Assembly (NCBI GenBank): GCA_034440375.1
Contig: JAWXBZ010000081.1
Span: 1 to 45,311, forward strand
Direction of reading: 5' to 3'
DNA length: 45,311 bases
From: Candidatus Eiseniibacteriota bacterium
Lineage (GTDB): Bacteria > Eisenbacteria > RBG-16-71-46 > JABDJR01 > JAWXBZ01
Shown: one piece after another, positions 44,006 through 45,311 of the stretch
Layout of the letters: every line of letters begins with the position of its first letter
How positions within the stretch are numbered: position 1 is the first letter of the stretch
Program-made: the position numbers and the translations under genes
Notes under the pieces: model-generated
What the model was told of the DNA's origin: nothing
Seen by the model: the letters and a program-made list of their open reading frames with translations, nothing else
Database searches by the model: none

Positions 44006-45283
44006 TTACTTTATGTAGCCGAGCGACTTCAGCCGCTCGATGAGTTCCTTGTCAACCGGTGAGGCCACCCCCTCGCCGCCTTCCGATCCGTCGCCTGTCT
44101 CGTACGTGGTGATTGAATCCGGAAACATGTCCGGCCGAATTGTCCCATCGAATGCCTGCCAGAGCACCTTGCCCCTCATGTCCTCCGCCCTGGGCAGACC
44201 GAAGATCGCCAGAAGCGTCGGCGTGATGTCAAATACGGTGGCGCCGGTGATTTCACCGCGGCCGATTCGGGGGCCGACCATGACCAGTATCCCCTCGGCG
44301 CGGTGATCACGCACGCCGCCGCCCCCCCCGCCGACGAAGCCGTGGTCGGAACACACGATGATGGTCGTCTTGTCGTCGGCCAGGGCCACCAGGCGTCCGA
44401 TCTGCCCGTCGATCCACCGATAGTCCCTGCGCATCGTGTCCTTGACGTAGGGCAGGAGATCCGGATCAATCAGATTTGGTGGGTAAGCCTCCGGATTCTG
44501 GTAGTTCCAGAACAGGTGGCCCATCGTATCCATGGAACGAAGGTAGACCGCCAGGAAGTCCCATGGTTCGCTGCGACCGAGGCTTTCGGCGATGTCCGCG
44601 AAACTCTGGTCGGCCGACACCATCCATTTGATCGCGGACAGCCGGCCAACCAGCGACGAGTCGCCCGTGGCCGGGTCGAACGGAGAGGAGAGGAACGGGC
44701 TTGTTTCCTCCCAGGTCATCGCCCGCCAATCGCGGACGAGTGGCTTGATCTCTGCATATAGCCCGGGGGGAAAGGTTCGATTTTCCATTCGTCCCGTCTG
44801 GGCCGCCTGATACTGGATGTAGTCGCTGACCACGAATCCGTTCACCGGCTCGGCGGGCCATGACATGAGCCAGCCCACGACACCCACCTGACGATTGGTG
44901 GACGACAGGATGTTCCAGAGTGCCTTGACGCGGCGAATGTTCTGCGTCAGTGGCTTGCCGCCGACCTGGTCGACAAATCCGCGGATACCGTGCTCTTCCG
45001 GTGGCTTCCCGGTGATGATCGTGGTCCAGATGGCCGGCGATTTCTGGAGTGGCACCAGCGACATCAGATCTCCGGAAACCCCTCGCGAAACCAGCTTCGC
45101 CAGATTCGGCATTTCGCCGGCAGCCATCATCGGTCGGATGAGGTTCCATTCCGCGCCGTCGAGGCCGATCATGAGAACACGACCGCCGGTCGGCGCTCGC
45201 CGGGAATCCCCGCAGCCGGGAACCGCGACCAGCAACAGCAGGAGCGCGAGGGCCATGAGCCAGGGCATGAACCGAGTCATCAT
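44006..45283 (-). CDS. Alkaline-phosphatase-superfamily lipoprotein (phosphodiesterase-like)
   Basis: Lipobox AVPGC. Motifs IGLDGA, KSPAIWTTIITG...HGI, DTMGHLFW, SDHGF, DH...G, DITPTLL, and a C-terminal ERLKSLGY tail. Confidence 0.88.
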   Translation of the reverse strand: MMTRFMPWLMALALLLLLVAVPGCGDSRRAPTGGRVLMIGLDGAEWNLIRPMMAAGEMPNLAKLVSRGVSGDLMSLVPLQKSPAIWTTIITGKPPEEHGIRGFVDQVGGKPLTQNIRRVKALWNILSSTNRQVGVVGWLMSWPAEPVNGFVVSDYIQYQAAQTGRMENRTFPPGLYAEIKPLVRDWRAMTWEETSPFLSSPFDPATGDSSLVGRLSAIKWMVSADQSFADIAESLGRSEPWDFLAVYLRSMDTMGHLFWNYQNPEAYPPNLIDPDLLPYVKDTMRRDYRWIDGQIGRLVALADDKTTIIVCSDHGFVGGGGGGVRDHRAEGILVMVGPRIGRGEITGATVFDITPTLLAIFGLPRAEDMRGKVLWQAFDGTIRPDMFPDSITTYETGDGSEGGEGVASPVDKELIERLKSLGYIK

Positions 45284-45311
45284 CGGGCCGACTCGCCGCC
45301 GGCGGCGAGTC

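Overview
GC-rich (roughly 60-65% by eye) bacterial chromosome segment with about 35 genes, mostly on the minus strand. I found no rRNA, tRNA, CRISPR array, integrase or transposase. The FlgD-Ig/T9SS-like C-terminal sorting domains and the W-x-G-x-D-x-D-G lipoproteins suggest a diderm FCB-related candidate lineage (Eisenbacteria/Latescibacteria-like); this is inference only. From left to right: (i) a minus-strand operon, aldehyde dehydrogenase - degenerate LeuC/aconitase-like protein - ppdK - GT2 - CDP-alcohol phosphotransferase; (ii) a 12.5 kb uncharacterised cell-surface locus with three related beta-sandwich-repeat lipoproteins, a small CTD protein, an (alpha/alpha)6-barrel lipoprotein and a 1082-aa Cys-rich CTD protein that has a consensus promoter, a ~350-nt leader and a strong terminator; (iii) ltaE - CDP-alcohol phosphotransferase - tmk - larB - larC; (iv) a Zn peptidase, an HU/IHF protein, a YbbR-like gene with no canonical start codon, a cupredoxin-like lipoprotein lacking copper ligands, an alkaline-phosphatase-superfamily enzyme and a rhomboid; (v) a long minus-strand run, LolB-like/LolA - methyltransferase - flippase - yhaM - etfB - etfA - thioesterase - hemL; (vi) a four-gene plus-strand operon, secreted propeller protein - internally deleted mini solute-binding protein - HAMP histidine kinase - sigma54 response regulator; (vii) a second alkaline-phosphatase-family lipoprotein. 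The best candidates for undescribed biology are the surface locus, the four-gene sensing operon and several metal-ligand-less pseudoenzymes.
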